Source: an uncultured Alphaproteobacteria bacterium
GTDB lineage: Bacteria > Pseudomonadota > Alphaproteobacteria > Rhizobiales > Rhodomicrobiaceae
DNA: 64,000 bases
Direction: 5' to 3'
NCBI GenBank assembly: GCA_963772105.1
Contig: CAVYVV010000030.1
Coordinates: forward strand, 35,660-99,659
Shown: positions 55,318 through 64,000 of the stretch, piece by piece
Numbering within the stretch: the stretch's first letter is position 1
How the letters are laid out: each line of letters starts with the position of its first letter
Notes under the pieces: generated by a model
Told to the model about the DNA's origin: nothing
Databases searched by the model: none
Seen by the model: the letters and a program-made list of their open reading frames with translations, nothing else
Program-made: the position numbers and the translations under genes

Positions 55318-55707
55318 CTACATTCCCAAATAAAGCTTGATGATCGCGAGCGTGCAGGCCACGGCAACGGAGAACGTCCAGAAGGTATTCAGGAAAAGAC
55401 AAGGCACCTTCAGCCAATGCGGCGCGTATTCCTCGGCGATAACCTGCATGCCGAGCTTCATGTGGAAGGTTACCGATATGATGAGCAGAAGCCCCAGGAC
55501 GGCGTGGAGCGGATTGGAGAAGAAGAGCTGGACGTTTGCGCGCGAAGCACCAACGAGCGTAAGCCCTGCGTAAACGAGAAAACCTGCGGCGAAAATGTTC
55601 GAAACCGCGGTGAGGCGCTGCATCCAGAAGTGATCGGTCCCCGGCCCGCCCATGGCCGACCCGAGACCGCGAACCTTTTTCAGGTCCGTTCTGTAATTCG
55701 TCGCCAT
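55318..55707 (-). CDS. sdhD: Succinate dehydrogenase membrane anchor
   Basis: RGLGSA..GT.HFWMQRLTA, HMKLGMQVI.EEY. Confidence 0.9.
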   Translation of the reverse strand: MATNYRTDLKKVRGLGSAMGGPGTDHFWMQRLTAVSNIFAAGFLVYAGLTLVGASRANVQLFFSNPLHAVLGLLLIISVTFHMKLGMQVIAEEYAPHWLKVPCLFLNTFWTFSVAVACTLAIIKLYLGM

Positions 55708-56135
55708 CAGCGGTTCCCCCATATAGACAGCGCCGCAAACCATATGACCCCGGTTAGCGTCACAGATCCGAAGAGCGTTGCCCAGGACAGGGCGCGAACG
55801 ACAGGAAGAGAGAAGCCGTGGCCCGTGTCCCAGATGAAATGCCTGATACCCCCAAGCATATGGTGCATGACAGACCAAGTGAAACCCACAAGGACGATAA
55901 GGCCGATGGGCGACCCCATGAACGCGCTGACGGCATTGAACTGCGGCTCGCCCATCGCAGCGGAGATAAGCCAGGCCGTTAAGAGAAGGCTGCCCCAGTA
56001 ATTAACGACGCCCGTCACCCGGTGCATGATCGAGAGCACCATGTTCACGTAGGGGTGGAAGATGGAAAGGTGCGGGGACATCGGTTTCGGGGCCATGGGC
56101 CGGGCACCCGCGATCGGCTTTGTTTCCGCCATCAT
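55707..56135 (-). CDS. sdhC: Succinate dehydrogenase cytochrome b556
   Basis: PMSPHL, SIMHRVTG, HMLGGIRH.IWD. Confidence 0.9.
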   Translation of the reverse strand: MMAETKPIAGARPMAPKPMSPHLSIFHPYVNMVLSIMHRVTGVVNYWGSLLLTAWLISAAMGEPQFNAVSAFMGSPIGLIVLVGFTWSVMHHMLGGIRHFIWDTGHGFSLPVVRALSWATLFGSVTLTGVIWFAALSIWGNR

Positions 56136-56449
56136 GCAATCCTTCTTAACGCGGCGTGCGTTTTTTCTTAATGCAAGGTTCCTACTGCGATGCAGCAAAG
56201 GCCGCAACAAACATCCTGCTGAACGGCCGCGAGCCTCCTCCTTGCGGGAAAAGCGTAAACGAAGCCGCTTGAGCGAGTCTAGAGGAGCGCAGGCGGCAAA
56301 ACCATTCTACTCCTTGGCTATAGCCGCGAACAGGGACGTTTCGGCATGCGGCATGCCAAGCTTTCTCAAGGCGATCAAAAGCTTATGGTGCGGCGCACAA
56401 TTTCTGCGCGTTCGGTATGCCAGCCATGGCGGCAACAGGCCACGCGAGA

Positions 56450-57496
56450 CTAAAGTGGCATAAGCACCCAAAGATCGAGATCGAGCAGAACGGCGGGATC
56501 GTATTGGTCGCCGGTCTTGAGCGCAAAGCTGGCGGCGGCCTTATCCTTGAGGGCGACAAGCCTCAACCTTAGCGCTCCCGCATCCGGCCGGTCCAGGCGG
56601 ACCTTTTCCAGCACCTCGCTCCAGGCATAGACCGTATCGCCGGCGAAAGCAGGCGAGACATGCCGGCCTGCGTTGATGCCCGCCACATGAAACGCGTTTT
56701 CAAGGCCGTTGAAGCTCAGCGCGCGGGCGAGCGAGATGATGTGGCCTCCGTAAACCAGGCGGCGGCCGAAACGGCCCTGTCCCTGCTCATGCTGATTGAA
56801 ATGCACCCGCGAGTTGTTCTGGTAGAGGCGGGCGGCGAGTTGATGCTCGGCTTCCTCGATCGTCATTCCATCGAGGTGGTCGATCTTCTCGCCCGCTTCA
56901 TAGCTGCCCCAGCGGCGCGAACTGCCGGAAAGGGCATTGCTATATGCGCCGATGTCCATGGGCGGGAGCGCGGCTCCAAGCGCCTGTGCATCGACCACCT
57001 TTTTCAATTGAGGCACAGCCCCCTCCGGGGCCGGCGCAGACTTGTCACGCTTTCTCACCATGACCCAGCGGACAAATTCGAGCACGGGTTTGCCGTCCTG
57101 ATCCCGGCCCGTCGAGCGGACATAGACGACGCCGCTCTCTTTGTTCGAGTTCTCGCGCAAGCCGATGACCTCGGACGTGGCAGAGAGCGTGTCGCCCGGG
57201 TAGACGGGCTTCAGGAAGCGGCATTCGGCGTAGCCAAGGTTCGCCACGGCGTTCAATGAAACATCCGGCACCGTCTTGCCGAACACGATATGGAAGACGA
57301 GCACATCGTCGATGGGGCTTCGGGGATAGCCGATGGCGCGGGCGAAGGCGTCGGAGGACTGAACCGCAAAACGCGAGCCATAAAGCGCCGTGTAAAGAGA
57401 CGCATCGCCCTGCGTGACCGTGCGCGGCGTCGCGTGCTCGATCACCTGCCCGAGCTTGAAGTCCTCGAAGAAATTGCCGTCGCGCGACTTGGTCAC
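56450..57496 (-). CDS. mch: Double MaoC dehydratase, mesaconyl-CoA hydratase-like
   Basis: GNFFEDF..GQ.I.HATPRT, FGKTVPDVSLNAVANLGY, YGGHIIS. Confidence 0.8.
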   Translation of the reverse strand: MTKSRDGNFFEDFKLGQVIEHATPRTVTQGDASLYTALYGSRFAVQSSDAFARAIGYPRSPIDDVLVFHIVFGKTVPDVSLNAVANLGYAECRFLKPVYPGDTLSATSEVIGLRENSNKESGVVYVRSTGRDQDGKPVLEFVRWVMVRKRDKSAPAPEGAVPQLKKVVDAQALGAALPPMDIGAYSNALSGSSRRWGSYEAGEKIDHLDGMTIEEAEHQLAARLYQNNSRVHFNQHEQGQGRFGRRLVYGGHIISLARALSFNGLENAFHVAGINAGRHVSPAFAGDTVYAWSEVLEKVRLDRPDAGALRLRLVALKDKAAASFALKTGDQYDPAVLLDLDLWVLMPL

Positions 57497-57536
57497 CCTG
57501 CCCTCTTCCGTGCCGTTCAGGTTGAGCACAGCTATA

Positions 57537-57794
57537 TCACCCTCCGGTAATGGGGGGGAAGAAGGCGATTTCGCGCGCACCGTGCAGATGGGTGTCATGG
57601 CTGGCATGCCTGTGGTCTATAGCCGCGCGGATGATATCCTCGCGCTCGAATGCCGCGGCATAGCCGTCGCCCCTGTGCTTCAACCACAGGATGGCGTCCC
57701 GCACCGTCGCCACGGAGTCCGGGAGCACGACCCGCTCTTCAGGCGTTCCGACGCGTTCGCGCACCCATGCGAAATACTTCAATGTCACTTCCAT
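57537..57794 (-). CDS. moaD: Molybdopterin synthase small subunit
   Basis: YFAWVRE...EIAFFPPITGG C-terminal GG. Confidence 0.9.
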   Translation of the reverse strand: MEVTLKYFAWVRERVGTPEERVVLPDSVATVRDAILWLKHRGDGYAAAFEREDIIRAAIDHRHASHDTHLHGAREIAFFPPITGG

Positions 57795-58372
57795 GTTCCC
57801 CGCCATGCGCGCAAAATATAGTCCGCTCCGGTATATAGGGCCAAACCTGCGGATATCCAAAGCAGTCCGGTTCCGGCGCCGAGCAGGAGGTCCGGATTCC
57901 AGGACGGCGCGCGCGACGCAAAAAGCAGAACCACGGTGGAGAATTGTGCCGCGGTCTTGAGCTTCGCGACGGCGCTTACGGATGCCGAAAGACCTTCGAA
58001 GCGGGCGTAATCCCGAAGGCCGGAGATGAAGACTTCCCGCCACAAAATGATCAGGACGGCCCATGCACTGAGGCCGCGGGTGACGCCCTCGCCCGACAGC
58101 AGCCAAAGCGCGGTAAGGATGAAGATCTTGTCGGCTATCGGATCGAGGACTGCGCCGAGGTCCGAAACCTGCCCAAGAGCGCGCGCGGCGAGGCCGTCGA
58201 GCAGATCGGTCAATGCTGCCGCTACGACAATCGCGACCGCCAGAGCAGGCGCTTGCGCCGTAAGCACGGCCCAGGCCAGCACCGGCGCCGCCACGATTCG
58301 GAACGCGCTCAGGAGGTTGGGCAGCGAAAAGAAGCTGGCCGATCGGTTTCTGTACTGGACCATGGTTGCCAT
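57785..58372 (-). CDS. pgsA: CDP-alcohol phosphatidyltransferase
   Basis: LPNLLS, TDLLDG..AR...S.LG..LDPIADK. Confidence 0.85.
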   Translation of the reverse strand: MATMVQYRNRSASFFSLPNLLSAFRIVAAPVLAWAVLTAQAPALAVAIVVAAALTDLLDGLAARALGQVSDLGAVLDPIADKIFILTALWLLSGEGVTRGLSAWAVLIILWREVFISGLRDYARFEGLSASVSAVAKLKTAAQFSTVVLLFASRAPSWNPDLLLGAGTGLLWISAGLALYTGADYILRAWRGTWK

Positions 58373-58471
58373 TCGGCTGCTCGAGCAGGCCGCGTCCATT
58401 GGGACGTGATAAGCTACTCTAACACTATAGAATCGAACAACTTTTCCGTCTGTAATTTGAGACGGGTTGAT

Positions 58472-58640
58472 CTGGAGCCTATCCGCTTTTGATGGAATCA
58501 AAGGCGGGCTCTGAGTTTTTGTTTTGGCGTGCGTCTTCATCGGAACACCGCTTCGCACTTTTCCGGACGCACTCCAAGTTCCTGTTTTGGCGTGCGTCTT
58601 CATCGGAAAACCGCTTCGCACTTTTCCGGACGCACTGTAG
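58472..58640 (-). repeat. Family-1 repeat with duplicated right module
   Basis: gttttggcgtgcgtcttcatcggaa..ccgcttcgcacttttccggacgcact occurs twice in tandem. Confidence 0.8.
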
Positions 58641-58733
58641 GGCGATCCTGGTATCGCACCCACGACAGCGCCGGAACACGGCTTGACCTATCAGATTGAG
58701 GACGCTTTCTCGCAGGGCGCTTAAGGAGGCGCC

Positions 58734-59048
58734 CTATTTTTGCAGGCTTAGAATGTAGGCCACGACATCGGCCTTATCCTTGGCGGGGATGATGAAGTCC
58801 GGCATATCCCTGTGGGGTGTCTGCAAAATCACAAACAGCGCGGCCCCGGTCATCCCGGGCGTGTTAGCTATTTTGGCGAAGGGAGGCGCTTTCGGGTTGG
58901 GAGAGAGAAAGTTGTCGCCCACGATCGTGTGGCATTCTGCGCACACGGCACGGGCATAACCCAAGCCTGCTTCCGGGCTGCCCTCTTCCGCGCGCCCGCC
59001 GCAACAAAAGGCAATTGTGAAAAGCACGAAGGTCAGAATCCGGACCAT
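58734..59048 (-). CDS. Small monoheme cytochrome c
   Basis: Signal peptide, CAECH, HRDMP. Confidence 0.85.
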   Translation of the reverse strand: MVRILTFVLFTIAFCCGGRAEEGSPEAGLGYARAVCAECHTIVGDNFLSPNPKAPPFAKIANTPGMTGAALFVILQTPHRDMPDFIIPAKDKADVVAYILSLQK

Positions 59049-59086
59049 GGTGAGGCCTCGAATGTTCCGTTAAGGAGTAAAGCAAT

Positions 59087-59162
59087 CTAGATCAACCCGC
59101 CTTTAATCGAAATCGATTAAAGGCGGAAAAGTTGATCGATTCTAAAGTGCTAGCTGCGCTAG
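59087..59162 (+). repeat. Family-2 repeat (partial)
   Basis: ctagatcaacccgcctttaatcgaaatcgattaaaggcggaaaagttgatc. Confidence 0.75.
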
Positions 59163-59215
59163 AAGGTAAGGATGAATGTCTTCCTGTCTTAAGTCTTGAA
59201 CGTCGATCGCGCAGC

Positions 59216-60568
59216 CTAAACGGCGGCTGCGTGCCGGAGTTCCGCATTTTGAGCCAGATAAGCGTCGAACACCGAGCAGACGACCCGCAAAGCGAGACGC
59301 GCGTCGTCGGGCACACGCAAGCGGTTTCCGTCAAGTTTGCAAAGCCCTTCTTCCTCGAGGCCGCGCAACTGAACCATTTCGTCCCCGAAACTGCCCCGAT
59401 CGGGCGCATACCGCTTGCGGATGTCCTCGAGGTCAACCTCCATGTCGCACATCAGACGCTCGATGATCGCGCCGCGTAGCTGGTCCTCGCCGCGGAAGGC
59501 GATGCCTTTGGCGATCGGAAGAACCCCCGAATTCACGGCGCGGGTATAGGCCCCCGTCTCCACGATGTTCTGCGCAAAGCCGTCTGGCAGGGCCGAGATC
59601 GCGCTTGCTCCGAATGCGACGATGGTGCCGGCTGCGTCGTCGGTATAGCCCTGGAAGTTGCGGTGCAGGCGGCCTTCGCGCAGGGCAATAGCCATGGTGT
59701 CCTCCGGCCTCGCGAAGTGGTCGAGACCGATCTTCACATAGCCCTGCTCGGCAAGCGCGTCGCCGGCGACCTCCGCCTGTTCATAGCGCATTAGCGGCGT
59801 CGGCAGGGCCTCCTCGGGAATCATTTTCTGGTTCTTCGCCATCCACGGGACATGCGCGTAGCCGAACAAGGCGATGCGATGCGGATTGAGCTTGGCGGCC
59901 TGCTCCACGGTATCTTTGAGTGTTTCGGCCGTCTGGTATGGGAGGCCATACATCAAATCGAAGTTGACTTCGTTGATGCCCTGCTCGCGCAAGAGCGCCA
60001 AGGTGCTTTCGATCATGCTGATCGGCTGAACGCGATTGATCGCAGTCTGCACCTTCTCGTCGAATTCCTGCACGCCGAGGCTCGCGCGCGTGCATCCTAT
60101 TTTGCCGAGCGCAACCGCATTTTCGCGGGTGAAGGTTCTCGGGTCGATCTCGACCGCGATCTCCGCCTTGCCCAGAATGTTGAAATGACGCTGAACGGTT
60201 TCCGCGATGCGGATCATATCCTCGGGCGCAAGCGCGGTCGGCGTTCCCCCACCCCAGTGAATGTGACGCACGGAAATGCCTTGAGGCATAACGCGGGCCG
60301 CGAGTTCAATTTCCCGGATGATGGTGTCGACGTAAGTCGTAACCGGGGAATAGCGGGCGATTACCCGCATGTTGCACCCGCAATACCAGCACATTTGGCG
60401 GCAGAATGGGACATGCAGATAAAGCGAGATTTCCGAGCGGGGATCGAGCCGGGACAGCCAGGTCTCATAGCGCTTCGCATCCACGTCCGTCGAAAAGTGC
60501 GGAGCCGTCGGATAGCTTGTGTAGCGTGGAACGCGTGCGGAGAAATACTTCGCCATCCCAGGTTTCAT
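59216..60568 (-). CDS. hemN: Oxygen-independent coproporphyrinogen III oxidase
   Basis: PRYTSYPTA, CRQMCWYC, GGGTPT, HRNFQGY. Confidence 0.93.
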   Translation of the reverse strand: MKPGMAKYFSARVPRYTSYPTAPHFSTDVDAKRYETWLSRLDPRSEISLYLHVPFCRQMCWYCGCNMRVIARYSPVTTYVDTIIREIELAARVMPQGISVRHIHWGGGTPTALAPEDMIRIAETVQRHFNILGKAEIAVEIDPRTFTRENAVALGKIGCTRASLGVQEFDEKVQTAINRVQPISMIESTLALLREQGINEVNFDLMYGLPYQTAETLKDTVEQAAKLNPHRIALFGYAHVPWMAKNQKMIPEEALPTPLMRYEQAEVAGDALAEQGYVKIGLDHFARPEDTMAIALREGRLHRNFQGYTDDAAGTIVAFGASAISALPDGFAQNIVETGAYTRAVNSGVLPIAKGIAFRGEDQLRGAIIERLMCDMEVDLEDIRKRYAPDRGSFGDEMVQLRGLEEEGLCKLDGNRLRVPDDARLALRVVCSVFDAYLAQNAELRHAAAV

Positions 60569-61218
60569 GATTGATCTTTCCCTGTAAGGATACGCTGCGA
60601 GCCGTCACGGGCTGCTTTCGTCCATGCGATTTCGAATGCGCAAGAGGGTCCGCCGGTCGCCTCGCAACTGATTTCGCGGACGAAAGTATTGCGGCTGACG
60701 AGGATTTCAAACAGGCGCTGGAAGGTTCCGGCGTAATAGTCGCATTGCGGATGAGCGCCGTGACGCCCGCGGCAAAGCGGACAACCCGTGATCGAGACGA
60801 TGACGTGCCGGCCATTTGTGACGTGGAAATCGCCGGTCCCGGAGAAGGTCCACGAGTGCTTCTTGATGGTGCCGAGTAGGATCCGGCTCGCGAGCGATGG
60901 CGGTAAAATCTTCAGGACGGCCTGAGCGGGCTTCGGGATACGGTTCGCGAGAAGATAGTCTCCTGTTCGAAGCCCAGCCTCATACGCGATTTTCCGCGCC
61001 TCGTTCTCCTCAAGTCCGTCGAACAGCGCCGTCTGAAGCGCACCGACATCCTCCTCCGGAACCATCCCCGTCGGTGGATGAGCAAGATGCGGCTCTAAAT
61101 GGGCGCGGGCGAAAATAAGCCGGGTGGTGTCTTCACCCAAAACGTCGCGGAGGGTTTCCGCCACCCGGATTATTGCATTCGGACCAATACGGCCGGCTTC
61201 CGCCGATGCGTGCGCCAT
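60565..61218 (-). CDS. bchJ: BchJ bacteriochlorophyll biosynthesis protein
   Basis: RIGPNAI, YLLANRIP, HSWTFSG, V4R-type Cys residues. Confidence 0.9.
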   Translation of the reverse strand: MAHASAEAGRIGPNAIIRVAETLRDVLGEDTTRLIFARAHLEPHLAHPPTGMVPEEDVGALQTALFDGLEENEARKIAYEAGLRTGDYLLANRIPKPAQAVLKILPPSLASRILLGTIKKHSWTFSGTGDFHVTNGRHVIVSITGCPLCRGRHGAHPQCDYYAGTFQRLFEILVSRNTFVREISCEATGGPSCAFEIAWTKAARDGSQRILTGKDQS

Positions 61219-61248
61219 TCGAAGCGCCTTCTTAGTGTGTGACCGCCT

Positions 61249-62814
61249 CTAGTGCATCGTCGCCGTTTCGGTGGTTTTCTCGTCGTGATGGTCGGACTTC
61301 TTCCGCGTCGTATGGTCGAAGTCGTCCTGTTCGCGCTCGCCCCGTCCACGCGTGGTGTCGAAGCCGAAATCCACCTTCTTGAGGGACTGTGGACCCCAAT
61401 ATTTGACGCGTCCGAGATCGTAGAACTTCCGCTCCCAGCCGCTCTTGAGGAACGCCTTGAGACAGCCCAGGAGGTAGCTGCGTCTCTGCCTGCTCCAAAC
61501 CCACGGATATCCCAAGAAAGCCTTGCGCATATAAAAGCGCCGGTAATTGCTCATGACGTGATTGAGCAGTTCCGTCCGCTCCATGGCGTCGGGCTTCATG
61601 ATGGGCGTCACAAAGTTGTACTTCTCGTAGTCGAAGATTTCGACCTTGTCGCTCAGTTCCTGGAAGAGATCGGAGAACGGCCAGGGCGTATACATGGCCC
61701 AGTTCGCCATATCCGGGTTCCAGTCCATCGCCATCCGGAACGTCTCTTCGAGAGTCTCCGGCGTCTCGTTCTCGAGGCCGACGATGAACTGCGCTTCGGT
61801 GACGATGCCATTCTTGCGCAGAAGCTCGATGGCGCGCTTGTTCTGTGCGATGGTCGTCTCTTTGTTGAAGCGGTCGAGCTTCAACTGGGCGGCAGCCTCG
61901 GTTCCGAGAGAAATGTGGATCAAGCCAGCAGCGCGATAAAGCGGAAGCAGCGCCTCATCCCGGAGGATATCGGTCACGCGGGTGTTGATGCCCCATTGGA
62001 CCGGCAGATTGCGCTTTTTCAGTTCCTCGCAGAATTCGACGAACTTCTTCCGGTTGATGGTCGGCTCTTCGTCCGCGAGGATGAAGAAGCCCACCTTATA
62101 GTCGCGGACGAGCGTTTCGATTTCATCGACGACTTTCTTGGGGTCGCGAATGCGGTAGTTCCGCCAGAATTTCCACTGAGAGCAGAAGCTGCAGGTAAAT
62201 GGGCAGCCCCGCGCAAGGTTCGGGATCGCGACGCGCGTCCCGGTCGGGATGTAGATATACTTCTCCCATTCGAGCACGCCCCAATCCGGACTGATGCTGT
62301 CGAGATTGGAGATCGGCGGCTCGGAAGGCGTCGCGGTGATCTTGCCATCTTCGGCGTAGGCGAGACCCTTGATCTCGGCGCGATCCTGTAGCCAGGTGCC
62401 CTTATCTACGGAGCGAACGGCGTTCACGAAAATCGCCTCGCCCTCGCCGCGCACAATGGCGTCGATCCAGGGCGCTTCGGTCAGCACCTGCTGATACATG
62501 AAGGTGGCGTGAATGCCGCCAAGAAACGTCACCGTATTGGGGTGAGCTTCCTTTGCGATCTGCAACAGCCGCTCGGCCTTGTAGATCGAAGGGGTAATCG
62601 CGGTCGAGCCGACAATGTCGGGCTTTTCCTTCTCGATGATGGCGCGGATATCGTCTTCCGACAGATTGTTCGTCATCGCGTCGACGAAGCGAATGTCGGT
62701 GTAGCCCGCGGCCTTGAGTGGACCGCAGATATAAGCGACCCACGCGGGGGGCCAGTTTCCAGCGATCTCCGCTCCGCCCGAGTGATAATTGGGATGGATC
62801 AGGATGATTCGCAT
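61249..62814 (-). CDS. bchE: Anaerobic Mg-protoporphyrin IX monomethyl ester cyclase (B12 radical SAM)
   Basis: [36 protein letters not shown]. Confidence 0.95.
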   Translation of the reverse strand: MRIILIHPNYHSGGAEIAGNWPPAWVAYICGPLKAAGYTDIRFVDAMTNNLSEDDIRAIIEKEKPDIVGSTAITPSIYKAERLLQIAKEAHPNTVTFLGGIHATFMYQQVLTEAPWIDAIVRGEGEAIFVNAVRSVDKGTWLQDRAEIKGLAYAEDGKITATPSEPPISNLDSISPDWGVLEWEKYIYIPTGTRVAIPNLARGCPFTCSFCSQWKFWRNYRIRDPKKVVDEIETLVRDYKVGFFILADEEPTINRKKFVEFCEELKKRNLPVQWGINTRVTDILRDEALLPLYRAAGLIHISLGTEAAAQLKLDRFNKETTIAQNKRAIELLRKNGIVTEAQFIVGLENETPETLEETFRMAMDWNPDMANWAMYTPWPFSDLFQELSDKVEIFDYEKYNFVTPIMKPDAMERTELLNHVMSNYRRFYMRKAFLGYPWVWSRQRRSYLLGCLKAFLKSGWERKFYDLGRVKYWGPQSLKKVDFGFDTTRGRGEREQDDFDHTTRKKSDHHDEKTTETATMH

Positions 62815-62830
62815 AGGGCGCCCCCGGGTA

Positions 62831-62874
62831 TGTCAGCTCAAGTTGACAGGAGTTTGTGTCAACCGGAGATTACT
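62831..62874. promoter_or_regulatory. Tandem PpsR/CrtJ boxes
   Basis: TGT-N12-ACA at 62831-62848 and TGT-N12-ACT at 62857-62874, 8 bp apart. Confidence 0.75.
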
Positions 62875-62893
62875 CCGTTGGGATGCTGATGTT

Positions 62894-62907
62894 TTGATCT
62901 AGATCAA
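62894..62907. promoter_or_regulatory. Perfect FNR/FixK box
   Basis: TTGAT-CTAG-ATCAA upstream of bchE. Confidence 0.85.
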
Positions 62908-62981
62908 AAGAGATCCGCCATTTGATCAAGATGCGACGTCAACTTTGGACTAGACTTAATAAAAATTGCGACGTCGCGGGC

Positions 62982-63449
62982 TCACTTTTGCAGCGCCACG
63001 CTGTCGCCGATTGCAAGCCCCAGTTCTTTTGCCTGTCCGGCCCCTATCTCCAGAACCCTGGAGGCGGGGCGCACGGATGAGATGACGTCGGTCGAAAACG
63101 GCTCCGCATTGTAAGCGATATGCCCAATCCGCCAGTCGTTCCCGATGAACACCATATCCAGCGGGATGTAGGTGTTCTTCATCCACATGGTAATCTCGTG
63201 CTCGCTCTCGAACAGAAAGATCATGCCCTGATCCTTTGAAAGCGAACGGCGAAACATGAGGCCCTGCTCGCGCTTTGCATCGGTATTGGCTACCTCGACG
63301 TTCAAAAGCACGGGGCCATTCTTGGTCTCGATCTTCAGGCTTGCGAGCTTAAACAGCACATCTCCAAAAGCTGCCGGCATTATAAGAGAGCTGAAAATGA
63401 GAAGGGCCGCAAGCGCGGCCCTGACGTTGTTCACACGACCCTTGATCAT
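62982..63449 (-). CDS. DUF192 exported protein
   Basis: GLMFR, GMIF, WMKNTYIPLD, VLEI.AG. Confidence 0.85.
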   Translation of the reverse strand: MIKGRVNNVRAALAALLIFSSLIMPAAFGDVLFKLASLKIETKNGPVLLNVEVANTDAKREQGLMFRRSLSKDQGMIFLFESEHEITMWMKNTYIPLDMVFIGNDWRIGHIAYNAEPFSTDVISSVRPASRVLEIGAGQAKELGLAIGDSVALQK

Positions 63450-63462
63450 GGGTCCAGCCCCT

Positions 63463-64000
63463 TCAGTGCGAGGACGGATAGCCCGTCGCCCCGTCGGGAC
63501 GGAGCTCCGCGGCCATCAGGCCCTTATCGCCTTTGCCAAAGCGGACCTGCACGATTTGTCCAGGACGAAGCTCGGCAAAACCGAAGCGTCGAAGGGTCTC
63601 CATATGGACGAAGATATCCTCCGTGCCTGCACCGCGGGTCAAAAACCCGAAGCCCTTGAGCCGGTTGAACCACTTCACCATTGCCCGTTGCCAGTCACTT
63701 TCGGGCATGACGTGAACGTGAGTCCGTTGAGGCAATTGCGAGGGATGGATAGCCGTACTTTCATCCATCTCGATCACGCGGAATGCCTGAAGACCGCGGT
63801 CGCGCCGCAGCACCTCGCATACAATGCGGGCTCCCTCATAGGCCGTCTGATAGCCGTCCCGCCGCAGAACGGTGACGTGAATCAGAATGTCTGGAAGCCC
63901 TCCGTCTGGAACGATGAACCCAAATCCCTTGGAAACATCAAACCACTTAATGTGGCCAGCTATTACGAAGACGTCAATGCTAGGTTGCTCTGCGATGTCG
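63463..64000 (-). CDS. Two-domain cold-shock protein, 5' end outside window
   Basis: [12 protein letters not shown]...LIHVT and [13 protein letters not shown]...DIFVH. Confidence 0.85.
   Translation of the reverse strand, partial: DIAEQPSIDVFVIAGHIKWFDVSKGFGFIVPDGGLPDILIHVTVLRRDGYQTAYEGARIVCEVLRRDRGLQAFRVIEMDESTAIHPSQLPQRTHVHVMPESDWQRAMVKWFNRLKGFGFLTRGAGTEDIFVHMETLRRFGFAELRPGQIVQVRFGKGDKGLMAAELRPDGATGYPSSH

Noticed and set aside
58373-58663. N-terminal extension of PgsA containing a duplicated peptide
   Set aside because: It is read-through of the family-1 DNA repeat; the real start is near 58372 or 58363.

Overview
A 64 kb GC-rich chromosomal window from a phototrophic Hyphomicrobiales alphaproteobacterium. 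The assignment is inferred from bchE-bchJ-hemN with PpsR and FNR boxes, irr-fabA-fabB-fabI, sdhCDA and mch; it looks Rhodomicrobium-like. Many ordinary genes (trpB2, both RND permeases, sulP, ppk2, fabA, amn) are split by single-base frameshifts, most likely sequencing indels. Accessory content has four parts. (1) A decayed island next to tRNA-Lys (~10.3-17.5 kb) keeps an IncP-type traL'-traK-oriT-traJ core with no relaxase or integrase, plus an McrBC system whose McrB has three N-terminal modules and an XRE-DUF4160-DUF2442 module. (2) A cleanly bounded 4,072-bp IS1-family element (42842-46913; terminal IRs, 8-bp target duplication) carries P63C, a DUF1778/GNAT toxin-antitoxin pair and small ORFs. 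(3) A patch of small secreted proteins (29.7-36 kb) includes a 4-Cys Arg/Trp beta-hairpin-like peptide and a Gly/Arg/Tyr 19-aa tandem-repeat protein. (4) A degenerate IS200 and two families of CTAG-bounded ~105-bp repeats are also present. All family assignments come from motif recognition by eye; no database searches were run.
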